Below are positions 42,601 to 55,588 of a stretch of 64,000 bases of DNA, one piece after another. This DNA comes from the human T2T-CHM13v2.0 reference genome, Homo sapiens. The notes below the pieces were generated by a model. It saw only the letters and a program-made list of their open reading frames with translations, was not told the origin of the DNA and did no database searches. The stretch lies in the NCBI RefSeq assembly GCF_009914755.1, contig NC_060937.1; one strand, 5' to 3'. The translations under genes and the position numbers were made by a program. Numbering within the stretch: the first letter of the stretch is position 1; each line of letters starts with the position of its first letter.

Positions 42601-45600
42601 GCCTACTGTGGAAAAGGAAATATCTTCACATAAAAACTACACAGAAGCATTCTAAGAAACTTATTTGTGATGTGTGCTTTCACTTCACAGAGTTGAACCT
42701 ATCTTTTGATTGAGCAGTTTTGAAACTCTCTTTTTGTGGAATCTGCAAGTGGATATTTGGAGCCCTTTGCAGCCTATGGTGGAAAAGGAAATATTTTCAA
42801 ATAAATAATACACAGAAGCATTCAGAGAAACTTCTTCGTGGTGAGTACATTCATCACAGAGAGTTGAACCTTTCCTTTGATTGAGCAGTTTTGAAACACT
42901 CTTTTTTCAGGATCTGTAGGTGGATATTTTAGTGTTTTGAGGCCAAATGTGGAAAATCAAATATCTTCACATAAAAACTACACAGAAACATTCTGGGAAA
43001 CTTCTTAGGGAGGTGTGCATTCAACTCACAGAGTTGAACCTATCTTTTCATTGAGCAGCATTGAGTCTCTCTTTCTGTAGAATCTGCAAGTGAATATTTG
43101 GAGAGATTTGAGGCCTATTGTGGAAAAGGAAATATCTTCACATAAAAACTACACAAAAGCATTCTGAGAAACTTCTTTGTGAGGTATGCATTGAACTCAC
43201 AGAATTGAACCTATCTTTCGATTGAGCCGTTTAGATTATCTCTTTTTGTAGAATCTGCAAGTGGATATTTGGAACCCTTAGCAGCCTATGGTGGAAAAGG
43301 AAATATCATCAAATAAAAACTACACAGAAGCATTCTGAGAAACATCTTTATGATGTTTGCATTCATCTCACAGGGTGGAACCTGTCTTTTGATTGAGTAG
43401 TTTAGAATCTCTCTTTTTGTAGAATCTGCAAGTGGTTATTTGAGGCCCTATTTCACCCAATAGTGGAAAAGCAAATATCTTCAAATAAAAACTACACAGA
43501 AGCATTCAGAGAAACTACTTTGTGATGAGTGCATTCATCACACAGAGTTGAACGATTGTTTTGATTGATCAGTTTTGAGACATTCTTTCCGTAGAATCTG
43601 AAAGTGAATATTTGGAGGGCTTTGAGTACTATTTTGGAGAAGGAGATATCTTCATATAAAAACTACACAGAAGCATTCTGAGAAACTTCTTTGTGAGGTG
43701 TGCATTGAACTCAAAAAGTTGAATCTATCTTTTGATTCAGCAGTTTTGAATCTCTCTTTTTTGCAGAATCTGAGAGTGGATATTTGGAGCTCTTTGAGAC
43801 CTACTGTGGAAAATCAAATATCTTCACATAAAAACTACACAAAAGTATTCTGGGAAACCTCTTTGTGATTAGTACACTCATGTCACAGAATTGATACTTT
43901 CTTTTGATAGAGATGTTTTGAAACACTGTTTTTGTAGAATCTACAAAGGGTTATTTGGTGGAAAAGGAAATATCCTCAAATAAAAACTACACAGAAACAT
44001 TCTGAGAAACTTCATTGTGATGTGTGCATTCAACTCACGGAGTTGAACCTATTTTTTGATTGAGCAGTTTTGAATCTCTCTTTTTGTAGAATCTGCAAGT
44101 GGATATTTGGAGCCCTTAGTGCCCTGTGGTGGACAAGGAAATATTTTCAAATAAAAACTACAAAGAAGCATTCAGAGAAACTTCCTTGCGATGTGTGCAT
44201 TCATCTCACAGAGTTGAAACTTTCTTTTGACTGAGCAGTTTTGAAACACTCGTTCTGTAGAATCTGCAAGAGGATATTTGGAGCACTTTGAGACCTACAT
44301 TGGAAAATCAAATATCTTCCATAAAAACTACACAGAAGCATTCTGAGAAACTTCTTTGTCATGTGTGCTTTCAAATCACATAGTTGAACCTATCTTTTGA
44401 ATGAGCAGTTTTTAATCTCTCTTTTTGAAGAATCTGCAAGTGGATATTTGGAGCCCTTTTTGACCTATGGTAGAAAAGGAAATATCTTCAAATAAAAACT
44501 ACACAGAAGCATTCTGAGAAACTTCTTTGAGATGTGTGCATTCGTCTTTCGGGAATGAACCTATCTTATGATTGAGCAGTTTTGAAACATTCTTTTTGTA
44601 GTATCTTCAAGTTTATATTTAGAGCCCTTAGAGGCCTCCGTGGAAAAGCAAATATCCTCACATTAAAACTACACAGAAGCATTCTGAGAAACTTCTTTGT
44701 GTTGTGTGTATTCATCTCACAGAGTTGAAACTTTCTTTTGATTCAGCACTTTTGAAACACTCTTTTTGTATAATCTTCAAGTGGATAATTGGAGCCTTTT
44801 GAGGCCTATTGTGGAAAAGGAAATATCTGCACATAAAAACTATGCAGAAGAATTCTGAGAAACTTCTTTGTGAGGTTTGCTTTCAACTCACAGAGTTGAA
44901 CATATCTTTTAATTGAGTAGTTTTGAATCTCCCTTTTTGCCGTATCTGCAAGTGGATATTTGGAGCACTTTGAGGCCTACTGTGGAAAATCAATTATCTT
45001 CCCATAAAAACTACACAGAAGTAGTCTGAGACACTTCTTTGTGATGTGTGCTTTCAACTCACAGTGTCAGACATATCTTTTGAATGAACAGTTTTGAATC
45101 TCTCTTTTTGAAGTATCTGCAAGTGGATATTTGGAGAGCTTTGAGACCTATTTTGGAAAAGGAAAGACCTTCACATAAAAACTACACAGAAGCATTCTGA
45201 GAAACTTCTTTGTGAGTTGTGCATTCAACTCACAGAGCTGGACTTATCTTGTCATTGAGCACTTTTGAATCTCTTTTTGTAGAATCTGCAAGTGGATATT
45301 TTGAGCCCTTTGTGCCCTATGGTGGAATAGGAAATATCTTCAAATAAAAACTACACAGAAGCATTCTGAGAAAATTGTTTCTGATGAGTGCATTCATCAC
45401 ACAGAGTTGAACCTTTATTTTTATTGAGCAGTTTTGAAACACTCTTTTTGCAGAATCAGCAAGTGGATATTTGGAGAGCTTTGAGGCCTGTTGTGGAAAA
45501 GGAAATATCTTCAAATAAAAACTACACCGAAGCATTCTGAGAAACTTCTTTGTGATGTGTGCATTCATATCACAGGTTTGAACCTAACTTATGATTGAGC

Positions 45601-48600
45601 AGTTTTGAAACTCTCTTTTTGTAGAATCTACAAGTAGATATTTGGAGCGATTTGAGGCCTATTGTAGAAAAGGAAATGTCATCAAATAAATACTACACAG
45701 AAGCATTCAGAAAAACTTTTATGTTATGAGTGCATTCATCACACAGAGTTGAACCTTTCCTTTGACTGAACAGTTTTGAAACACTCTTTTTGCAGAATCT
45801 GCAAGTGCATATTTTAGAGCTTTGAGGTCAATTGTGGAAAAGGAAATATCTTCACATAAAAACTACACAGAAGCATTCTGAGATACTTCTTCGTGATGTG
45901 TGCATTCACCTCACTGGATTATACCTATCTTATGATTGAGCAGTTTAGAAACACTCTTTTTGTAGAATATGCAAGTGTATATTTGGAACACATTGGGGCC
46001 TACCGTGGAAAAGGAAATATCTTCACATAAAAACTACACAAAAGCATTCTGAGAAACTTCTTTTTGATGTGTGCATTCATCTCACAGAAATGAAACTTTC
46101 TTTTCATTGAGCAGTTTTGAAAAACTATATTTGTAGAATCTGCAAGTGGATATTTGGAGAGCTTTGAGGCCTATTTTGGAAAAAGAAATATCTTCACATA
46201 AAAACTACACAGAAGCATTCTGAGAAACTTCTTTGTGAGGTGTGCACTCACGGATTTGAAATTTTCCTTTCATTGAGCACTTTTGAATCTCTCTTTTTCT
46301 AGAATCTGCAAGTGGATATTTGGAGCTCTTTGCACCCTGTGTTGGAAAAGGAAATATCTTCAAATAAAAACTACACATAAGCATTCTGAGAAACTTCTTT
46401 GTATTGAGTGCATTCATCACACAGAGTTGAATGTTTCCTTTGATTGAACAGTTTTGAAACACTCTTTTCGTATAATCTGGAAGTGGATATTTGGAGGGCT
46501 TTGAGGACTATTTTGGAAAAGGAAATATCTTCACATAAAAACTACACAGAAGCATTCTGAGAAACTTCTTTTTTATTTGTGCATTCAACTCACAGAGTTG
46601 AATCTATCTTTTGATTGAGCCATTTGGAATCTTTCTTTTGTAGAATCTGCTAGTGAATATTTGGAGACCTTTGTGGCCTATTGGGGAAAAGGAAATATCT
46701 TCAAATAAAAACTACACAGAAGAATTCTGGGAAACTTCTTTGTGATGTGTGCATTCAGCTCACACGTTTGAACCTATCTTATGATTGAGCAGTTTTCAAT
46801 CTCTCTTTTTGTAGACTATGCAAGTGGATATTTGGAGCCCTTTGTGCCCTATGGTTGAAAAGGAAATATCTTCAAATAAAAACTACACAGAAGCATTCAG
46901 AGAAACGCCTTGGTGATGAGTGCATTGATCACAAAGAGTTTAAAGTTTCTTTTGACTGAGCAGTTTTGGTACACTCTTTTTGTAGAAACTCAAAGTAGCT
47001 ATTTGGAGGGCTTTGAGGCCTATTTTGGGAAAAGATATATCTTAATATAAAAACTACACAGAATTATTCTGAGAAACTCCTTTATTATGTGTGCATTCAA
47101 CACACAGAGTTGAGCCTATCTTTTGATTGAGTCATTTGGAATCTCTCTTTTGTAGAATCTGCTAGTGAATATTTGGAGACCTTTGTGGCCTATTGTGGAA
47201 AAGGAAATATCTTCAAATAAAAACTACACAGAAGCATTCAGAGAAACACCTTGGTGATGAGTGCATTGATCACAAAGAGTTTAAAGTTTCTTTTGACTGA
47301 GCAGTTTTGGTACACTCTTTTTGTAGAAACTCAAAGTAGCTATTTGGAGGGCTTTGAGGCCTATTTTGGGAAAAGATATATCTTAATATAAAAACTACAC
47401 AGAATTATTCTGAGAAACTCCTTTATTATGTGTGCATTCAACACACAGAGTTGAGCCTATCTTTTGATTGAGCCATTTGGAATCTCTCTTTTGTAGAATC
47501 TGCTAGTGAATATTTGGAGACCTTTGTGGCCTATTGTGGAAAAGGAAATATCTTCAAATAAAAACTACACAGAAGCATTCAGAGAAACACCTTGGTGATG
47601 AGTGCATTGATCACAAAGAGTTTAAAGTTTCTTTTGACTGAGCAGTTTTGGTACACTCTTTTTGTAGAAACTCAAAGTAGCTATTTGGAGGGCTTTGAGG
47701 TCTATTTTGGGAAAAGATATATCTTAATATAAAAACTACACAGAATTATTCTGAGAAACTCCTTTATTATGTGTGCATTCAACACACAGAGTTGAGCCTA
47801 TCTTTTGATTGAGCCATTTGGAATCTCTCTTTTGTAGAATCTGCTAGTGAATATTTGGAGACCTTTGTGGCCTATTGTGGAAAAGGAAATATCTTCAAAT
47901 AAAAACTACACAGAAGAATTCTGGGAAACTTCTTTGTGATGTGTGCATTCAACTCACAGAGTCGAACCCATCTTTTGATTGAGCAGTTTTGCATCTCTCT
48001 TTTTGCAGAACCTGCAAGTGGATATTTGGAGTGCTTTGAGGCCTATAGTGGAAAAGGAAATATCTTCACATAAAAACTACACAGAGGAATTCTGAGAAAA
48101 TACTTTGTGATGTGTGCATTCAACTCACAGAGTTGAACCTACTTTTGATTGAGCAGTTTAGAATCTCTGTTTTTGCAGAATCTGCAATTGGATATTTGGA
48201 GCGATTTGAGGCCTATTGTGGAAAAGGAAATATCTTCACATAAAAACTACACAGAGGCATTCTGAGAAAATACTTTGTGATGTGTGCCTTCAACTCACAG
48301 AGTTGAACCTATCTTTTGATTGAGCAGTTTTGAATCTCTCTTTTTGTAGCATCTGCAGGTGGATATTTGGAGCCCTTTGTGGCCTACAGTGGAAAAGGAA
48401 ATATCTTCAAATAAAAACTAAAAAGAATCATTCCGGGAAAAGTCTTTGTGATGAGTGCATTCATCACAAAGTGTTGAATCTCTCTCTTGACTGAGTAATT
48501 TGGAAACACTCTTTTTGTAGAATCTGGAAGTGGATATTTGAAAAGCTTTGTGGTCTATTTTGGAAAAGGAAATATCTTCAGATAAAAACTACACAGAAGC

Positions 48601-48720
48601 TTTCTGGGAAACTTCGTTGTTAGCTGTGCATTCAAGTCACAGATTTTAACCTATCTTTTGATAGAGCAGTTTTGAAACTCGCTTTTTGTAGAATCCGCAA
48701 GTGGATATTTGGAGCTTCTT
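30621..48720 (+). repeat. Diverged monomeric alpha satellite, class 1 (forward orientation)
   Basis: AAAACTACACAGAAGCATTCTGAGAAACTTCTTTGTGATGTGTGCATTC...GTGGATATTTGGAG...GTGGAAAAGGAAATATC at ~171-bp period. Boundaries are approximate. Confidence 0.96.
46858..47915 (+). repeat. Three near-identical tandem copies of a 341-bp alpha dimer
   Basis: AGAAAC(G/A)CCTTGGTGATGAGTGCATTGATCACAAAGAGTTTAAAG starts at 46901, 47242 and 47583. Confidence 0.93.
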
Positions 48721-51700
48721 GCGGCCTATGTTAGAAAATTAAATACTCTCACCTAAAATCTATACAGAAGCTATCTGAGAAATTTGTTTGTGATGTGTGC
48801 ATTCATCTCAAAGAGTTGAACATTTCTTTTGATTGAGCAGTTTCAAAACATTCTTTTTGTAGAATCTGCAAGTGGACATTTGGAGGGCTTTGTGGCCTAT
48901 GGTAGAAAAGGAAATATCTTAACATAAAATCTAGACAGAAGCAATCTGAGAAACTTCTTTGTGATGTGTGCGTTCATCTCACAGAGTTGATCTTTTTTTT
49001 GATGGAGCAGATTTGGAACTCTCTTTTTGTAGTATCTGCAAGTGGAAAATGAGAGTGCCCTGTGACCTATTGTGGAAAATAAATTATCTTCACTTAAATA
49101 CTACACAGGAGAATTATGAGAAACTTCTTTGTGATGCGTGTGTTCATCTCACTGAGTTGAATCTTTTTTTGATTGAGCAGTGTGGAAACACTCTTTTTGT
49201 TGAATCTGCAAGTGGACATTTGGAGTACTTTGTGGCATATGGTAGAAAAAGAAATATCCTCACATAAAATCTATACAGAAGCAATCTGTGAAACTTCTTT
49301 GTAATGTGTGCATTCATCTCACAGAGTTAAAAATTTCTTTTGATAGAGCAGTTTTGAAACTCTCTTTTGTAGAATCTGCAAGTGAACATTTGGAGCACTT
49401 AAAGGCCTATGGTGGAAAAGGAAATATCTTCACATAAAAACTAGACAGAAGAATTCCGAGAAACTTCTTTGTGATGTGTGTCTTCACCTTACAGATTTGA
49501 ACCTTTCTTTTGATTGAGCAGTTTGGAAACACTATTTTGTAGAATCTGCAAGTGGATATTTGGAGCGCTTTGCGGCCTAAGGTAGAAAAGGAAATATCTT
49601 TACATAAAATCTAGAGAGAAGCAGTCTGAGAAACTTATTTGTGATGTGTGCATTCACCTCACAGAGTTAAACCTTCCTTTTGATTGAGAAGTCTTTAACT
49701 CTCTTTTTGAAGGATCTGCAAGTGGACATTTGTAGCACTTTGTGGCTGATGTTAGAAAAGGAAATATCTTCACATAAAATCTAGACAGAAGCAATCTTAG
49801 AAACTTCTTTGTGATGTGTGCATTCATCTCACAGAGTTAACTCTCTCTTTGGTTTGAGCAGTTCTGAAACTCTCTTTTGTTGAATCTGCAAGATGACATT
49901 TGGGACGCTTTGACGCCAATAGTGGAAAAGGAAATATCTTCACATAAAAACTAGATAGAAGCATTCTGAGAAACATTTTGTGATATGCGCATTCATCTCC
50001 CAGAGAAGAACATTTCCGTTGATGGACCAGTTTTGAAACGCTCTTTCTGTAGAATCTGCAAGTGGACATTTCAAGCGCCTTGAGGCCTGTGGTGGAAAAG
50101 GAAATATCTTCACATAAAAACTAGACAGAAGAATTCTGAGAAACTTCTTCATGATGTGTGTGTTCATCTCACAGAGTTGAACCTTTCTTTTGATTTAGCA
50201 GTATGGAAACACTCTTTTTGTATAATTTGTAAGTGGATATTTGGAGATCGTTGTGGCCAATGGCAGAAAATTAAATATCTTCACATAAAATCTAGACAGA
50301 AGTAATCTCAAAATCTTCTTTGTGATGTGTGCATTCACCTCAAAGAGGTAAACCTTTCTTTTGATTGAGGAGTTTGAAAATCTTTTTGTAGAATCTGCAA
50401 GTGGATATTTGGAAAAGGAAATATCCTCACATAAATACTAGGCAGATGTATACAGATAAATATCTTTGTGATGTCTGCGTTCATCTCATAGAGGTAAAAC
50501 TTTCTTTTGACTGAGCAGTTTGGAAGCAAACTTTTTTGAGAATCTACAAGTGGACATTTTGTGCACTTTGCGGCCTATTGTAGAAAAGGAAATATCTTCA
50601 CATAAAATCTAGATAGAAGTAACCTGAGCAATTTCTTTGTGATGTGTGCATTTATCTCACAGAGTTGAATCTTTCCTTTGATTGAGCAATTTGGAAACAA
50701 TCTTTTTGTAGGATCTGCATGTGGACATTAGGAGCGCTTTGCGGCCTATGGTAGAAAAGGAAATATCTTCACATAAAATCTAGACAGAAGCAATCTGAAA
50801 ATCTTCTTTGTGTTGTGTGCATTCATCTCACAGAGTTAAAACTTTTCTTTTGATAGATTAGTTTTGAAACTGTCCTTTTATAGAATCTGCAAGTGGACAT
50901 TTGGAGAGGTTTGAGATCTATTGTGGAAAAGGAAACATCTTCACATGAAAACTAGAGAGAAGAATTCTGAGAAACTACTTTGTGATGCGTGCGTTCATGC
51001 CAGAGTTGAATGTGTCTTTTGATGGAGCAGTTTGGAAACACTCTTTTTGTGGAAACTGCATGTAGACACTTGGAGCAATTCGCGGCCTATGGCAGAATAG
51101 GAAATATCTTCACATAAAATCTAGACAGAACAAATCTGAGAAACTTCTTTCTGATGTGTGCATTCATTTCAGAGAGTTAAACCTTTTCTTTTGATTGAGG
51201 TGTTTTGAAACTCTGTTTGTAGAATCTGCAAGTGGACATTTTGAGCGATTTCAGGCCTATAGTGGGAAAGGAAATATCTCCACATAAAAACTAGACAGAA
51301 GAATTCTTAGAAACTTCTTCATGATGTGGGTGTTCATCTCACAGAGTTGAAGCTTTCTTTTGTTGAGCAACGTGGAAACATTCTTTTTGTAGAATCTGCA
51401 AGTGCACATTTGGAACGCTTTGCGGCCTGTGGTAGAAAAGGAAATATCTTCACATAAAATCTAGATGGAAGTAATCTGAGAAACCTCTTTGTGATATGTG
51501 CACTCATCTCACAGAGTTTAACCACTCTTTTGTTTAAGGAGTTTTGAAACTCTTTTTGTAGAATCTGCAAGTGGACGTATTGAGTGCTTTGAGGCCTATG
51601 GTGGAAAAGGAAATATCTTCACATAAAAACTAGAAAGAAGAGCTCTGAGACAGTACTTTATGATGTGTGCATTCATCTCACAGAGTTGAACCTTTCTTTT

Positions 51701-54700
51701 GATTGAGTAGTTTGGAAACACTCTTTTTGTAGAATCTACAAGTGGACATCTGGAGCACTTTGCAGCCTGTGGTAGAAAAGGAAATATCTTCACATAAAAA
51801 CTAGACAGAATATTTCTGAGAAACTTCTTTGTGTTGTGTGCATTCAACTCACAGAGGTAAATCTTTCTTTTGATTGAGCAGTTTTGAAACTCTCTTTTTG
51901 TAGAATCTGTAAGTGGACACTTGGAGTGATTTGAGACCTGTGGTGGAAAAGGAAATATTTTCACATAAAAACTAGAAAGAAGTATTCTGAGAAACTTTTT
52001 GTTATGTGTGCATTTATCTCCCAGAGTTGAACCTTTCTTTTGAAGGACCAATTACGAAATACTATCTTTGCAGAATCTGCAAGTGGATATTTCGAGAACC
52101 TTGAGGCCTATGGTAGAAAAAGGAATATCTTCACATAAAAACTAGACAGAAGAATTCAGAGAAACTTCTTTGTGATGTATGCGTTCATATCACAGAGTTG
52201 AACCTTTCTTTTGATGGTGCAGTTTGGAAACACTCTTTATGTAGGATCTGAAAGTGGACATTGGGAGCGCTCTGCGGCCTATGGTAGAAAAGGAAATATC
52301 GTCATATAAAATCTAAACAGAAGCAGTCTGAGAAACTTCTTGGTGATGTGGGCATTCATCTCACAGAGGTAAACTTTTTTTTTGATTGAGCAGTTTTGAA
52401 ACACTCTTTTTGTAGAATCTGCAAGTGAACTTTTGGAGCACTTTGATGCCTATGGTGGGAAGTTAATATCTTCACATAAAACTGGACAGAAGAATTCTGA
52501 GAAACTTCTTTGTGATGTGGGGGTTCATCTCACGTAGTTGTACCTTTATTTTGATTAAGCAGTTTGGAAACACTCTTTTTTTAGAATCTGCAAGTGGACA
52601 ATTGGAGCGATTTGCAGCCTATGGTAGAAAAAGGAAATATCTTCACATGAAATCTAGACAGAAGCAACCTGAGAAACTACATTGTGATGTGTGCATGCAT
52701 CTCAGAGAGTTAAACCTTTCTTTTGATTGAGCAGTTTTTAAACTCTCTTTTTGTAGGATCTGCAATTCGACATCTGGAGCGCTTTGACGCCTATGGTGGA
52801 AAAGGAAATATCTTCACAAAAAACTAGACAGAATAATTCTGAGAAACTACTTTGTGATGTGTGCATTCATCTCACAGAGTTGAACTTTTCTTTTGATTGA
52901 GCAGTTTTGAAACACTATTTTTGTAGAATCTGCAAGGGAAATTTGAAGCGCTTAGAGGCCTATGTTTGAAAAGGAAATGTCTTCACATAAAAACTACATA
53001 GAATCATTCTGAGACCTTCTTAGTGATGTGTGCATTCATCTCCCAGAGTTGAAACTTTCTTTTGATGGACCAGTTTGGAAATAGTTTTTTGTAGAGTCTG
53101 CATGTGGACGTTTCGAGCGCCTTGAGGCCTATGGTGGAAAATGAAATTTCTACACATAAAAACTAGACAGAAGAATTCTGAGAAACGTCTTTGGAATGTG
53201 TGTGTTCATCTCACAGAGTTGAACACTTCTTTTGATTGAGCAGTTTGGAAACACTCATTTTGTAGAATCTGCAAGTGGAGATTTGGAGCGCTTTGCGGCC
53301 TATGGTAGAAAAGGAAATATCTTCACATAAAATCTAGACAGAAGCAATCTGAGAAACTTCTTTGTGATGAGTACATTCATCTCACAGAGTTAAACCTTAC
53401 TTTAGATTGAGCAGTTTTGAAAATCTCTTTTTGCAGAATCTGCAAGTGGACATTTGGAGCGCTTTGAGGCCTACGGTCTAAAAAGAAATACCTTTATATG
53501 AAAACAAGATAGAAGAATTCTGAGAAACTTCTTTGTGATGTGTGCATTCATCTCACAGAGTTGAACCTTTCTTTTGATTCAGCAGTTTGGAAACACTCTT
53601 TTTGTAGAATCTGCAAGTGGACATTTGGAACGCTTTGGGGCCCATGGTGGAAATGGAAATATCTTCACATAAACACTAGGCAGAAGAATTCTGAGAAACT
53701 TCTTTGTGATGTCTGCATTCAATTGACAGAGTTGAATCTTTCCTTTGATTTGAGCAGTTTGGAAACACTCTTTTTATAGAATCTACTTTTGGACATTTGG
53801 AGCGCTTTGTGGCCTATGTTAGAAAAGGAAATATCTTCACATAAAATCTAGACAAAAGCAATCTGAGAAACTTCCTTGTGATGAGTGCATTCATCTCATA
53901 GAGTTAAACCCTTCTTTTGACTAAGCAGTTTTGAAACTCTCCTTTTGTAGAATCTGGAAGTGGACATTTAGAGCACTTTGAGGCCTATTGGGGAAAAGGG
54001 AATATCTTCACATAAATACTAGACAGAAGAATTCTGAGAAACTTTTTGTGATGTGCGCATTACCTCACAGAGTTGAACCTTTCTTTTGATTGAGCAGTTT
54101 GGAAACACTCTTTTTGTAGACTCTGCACGTAGATATTTGGAGCACCTTGTGGCCCATGTTAGAAAAGGAAATATCCTCACATAAAATCTAGACAGAAGCA
54201 ATCTGAGAAAGTTCTTTGTGATGTGTGCATTCATAACACAGAGGTAAACCTTTCTTTTGATTGAACAGTTTTGAAACTCTCTTTTTGTAGAATCTGCAAG
54301 TGGACATTTACAGTGCTTTGAGGCCTACTGTGGAAAAGGAAATATCTTCACATAAATACTAGACAGAACAATTCTGAGAAACTTCTTTGTGATGTGTGCA
54401 TTACCTCACAAAGTTGCACTTTTCTTTTGATTGAGCAGTTTGGAAACACTCTATTTGTAGAATCTGCAAGTGGACATTTGGAGCACCTTGCGGCCATGTT
54501 AGAAAGGGAAGTATCTTCACATAAAATCTAGACAGAAGCAATCTGAGAAAGTTCTTTGTGATGTGTGCATTCATAACACAGAGGTAAACCTTTCTTTTGA
54601 TTGAACAGTTTTGAAACTCTCTTTTTGTAGAATCTGCAAGTGGACATTTGAAGAGCTTTGAGGACTATGGTGGAAAAGGAAATATCTTCACATAAAAACT

Positions 54701-55588
54701 AGACAGAAAAATTCTGAGAAACTTCTTTGTTATGTGTACATTCATCTCACCGAGTTGAATCTTTCTTTTGATACAGCAGTTTGGAAACACTCTTTTTATA
54801 GATTCTGCTAGCAGACATTTGAGCACTTTGCAGCATATGGTAGAAAAGGTAATATCTTCACATAAAATCTAGACAGAAGCAATCTGAGAAACTTCTTTGT
54901 GATGTGTTCCTTCAACTCAAGGAGTTAAACATTTCTTTTGGTTGAGGAGTTTTGAAACTCTCTTTTTGTCAAATCTGCAAGTGAACATTTGGAGCGCTTT
55001 GGGGCACATGGTGGAAAAGGAAATATCTTCACATAAAAAATAGGCAGAAGAATTCTGAGAAACTTCTTTGTGATGTGTGCGTTCATTTCACAGAGTTGAA
55101 TCTTTCCTTTGAGCAGTTTGGAAACACTTTTTATAGAATCTACTTTTGGACATTTGGAGCGCCTTGCGGCCTATGGTAGAAAAGGAAATATCTTCACATA
55201 AAATCTAGACAAAAGCAATCTGAGAAACTTCTTTGTGATGTGTTCCTTCAACTCAAGGAGTTAAACATTTCTTTTGGTTGAGGAGTTTTGAAACTCTCTT
55301 TTTGTCGAATCTGCAAGTGAACATTTGGAGCGCTTTGGGGCACATGGTGGAAAAGGAAATATCTTCACATAAAAAATAGGCAGAAGAATTCTGAGAAACT
55401 TCTTTGTGATGTGTGCGTTCATTTCACAGAGTTGAATCTTTCCTTTGAGCAGGTGGAAACACTTTTTATAGAATCTACTTTTGGACATTTGGAGCGCCTT
55501 GCAGCCTATGGTAGAAAAGGAAATATCTTCACATAAAATCTAGACAAAAGCAATCTGAGAAACTTCTTTGTGATGTGTGCATTCATCC
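48721..55588 (+). repeat. Alpha satellite, class 2 (dimeric, forward orientation)
   Basis: AAATCTAGACAGAAGCAATCTGAG alternates with AAACTAGACAGAAGAATTCTGAG; GTGGACATTT. Confidence 0.93.
54840..55575 (+). repeat. Near-identical tandem duplication of a ~336-bp alpha dimer
   Basis: GATGTGTTCCTTCAACTCAAGGAGTTAAACATTTC at 54901 and 55237; shared GGGGCACATGG and AATCTACTTTTGGAC. Confidence 0.9.

Noticed and set aside
30621-55588. CENP-B boxes / active centromeric HOR
   Set aside because: The box position reads CTATGGTGGAAAAGGAA-like. I saw no TTCG....A..CGGG by eye, and near misses such as CTTCGTGGAAAAGC at ~38179 lack CGGG. There is no long homogeneous HOR.
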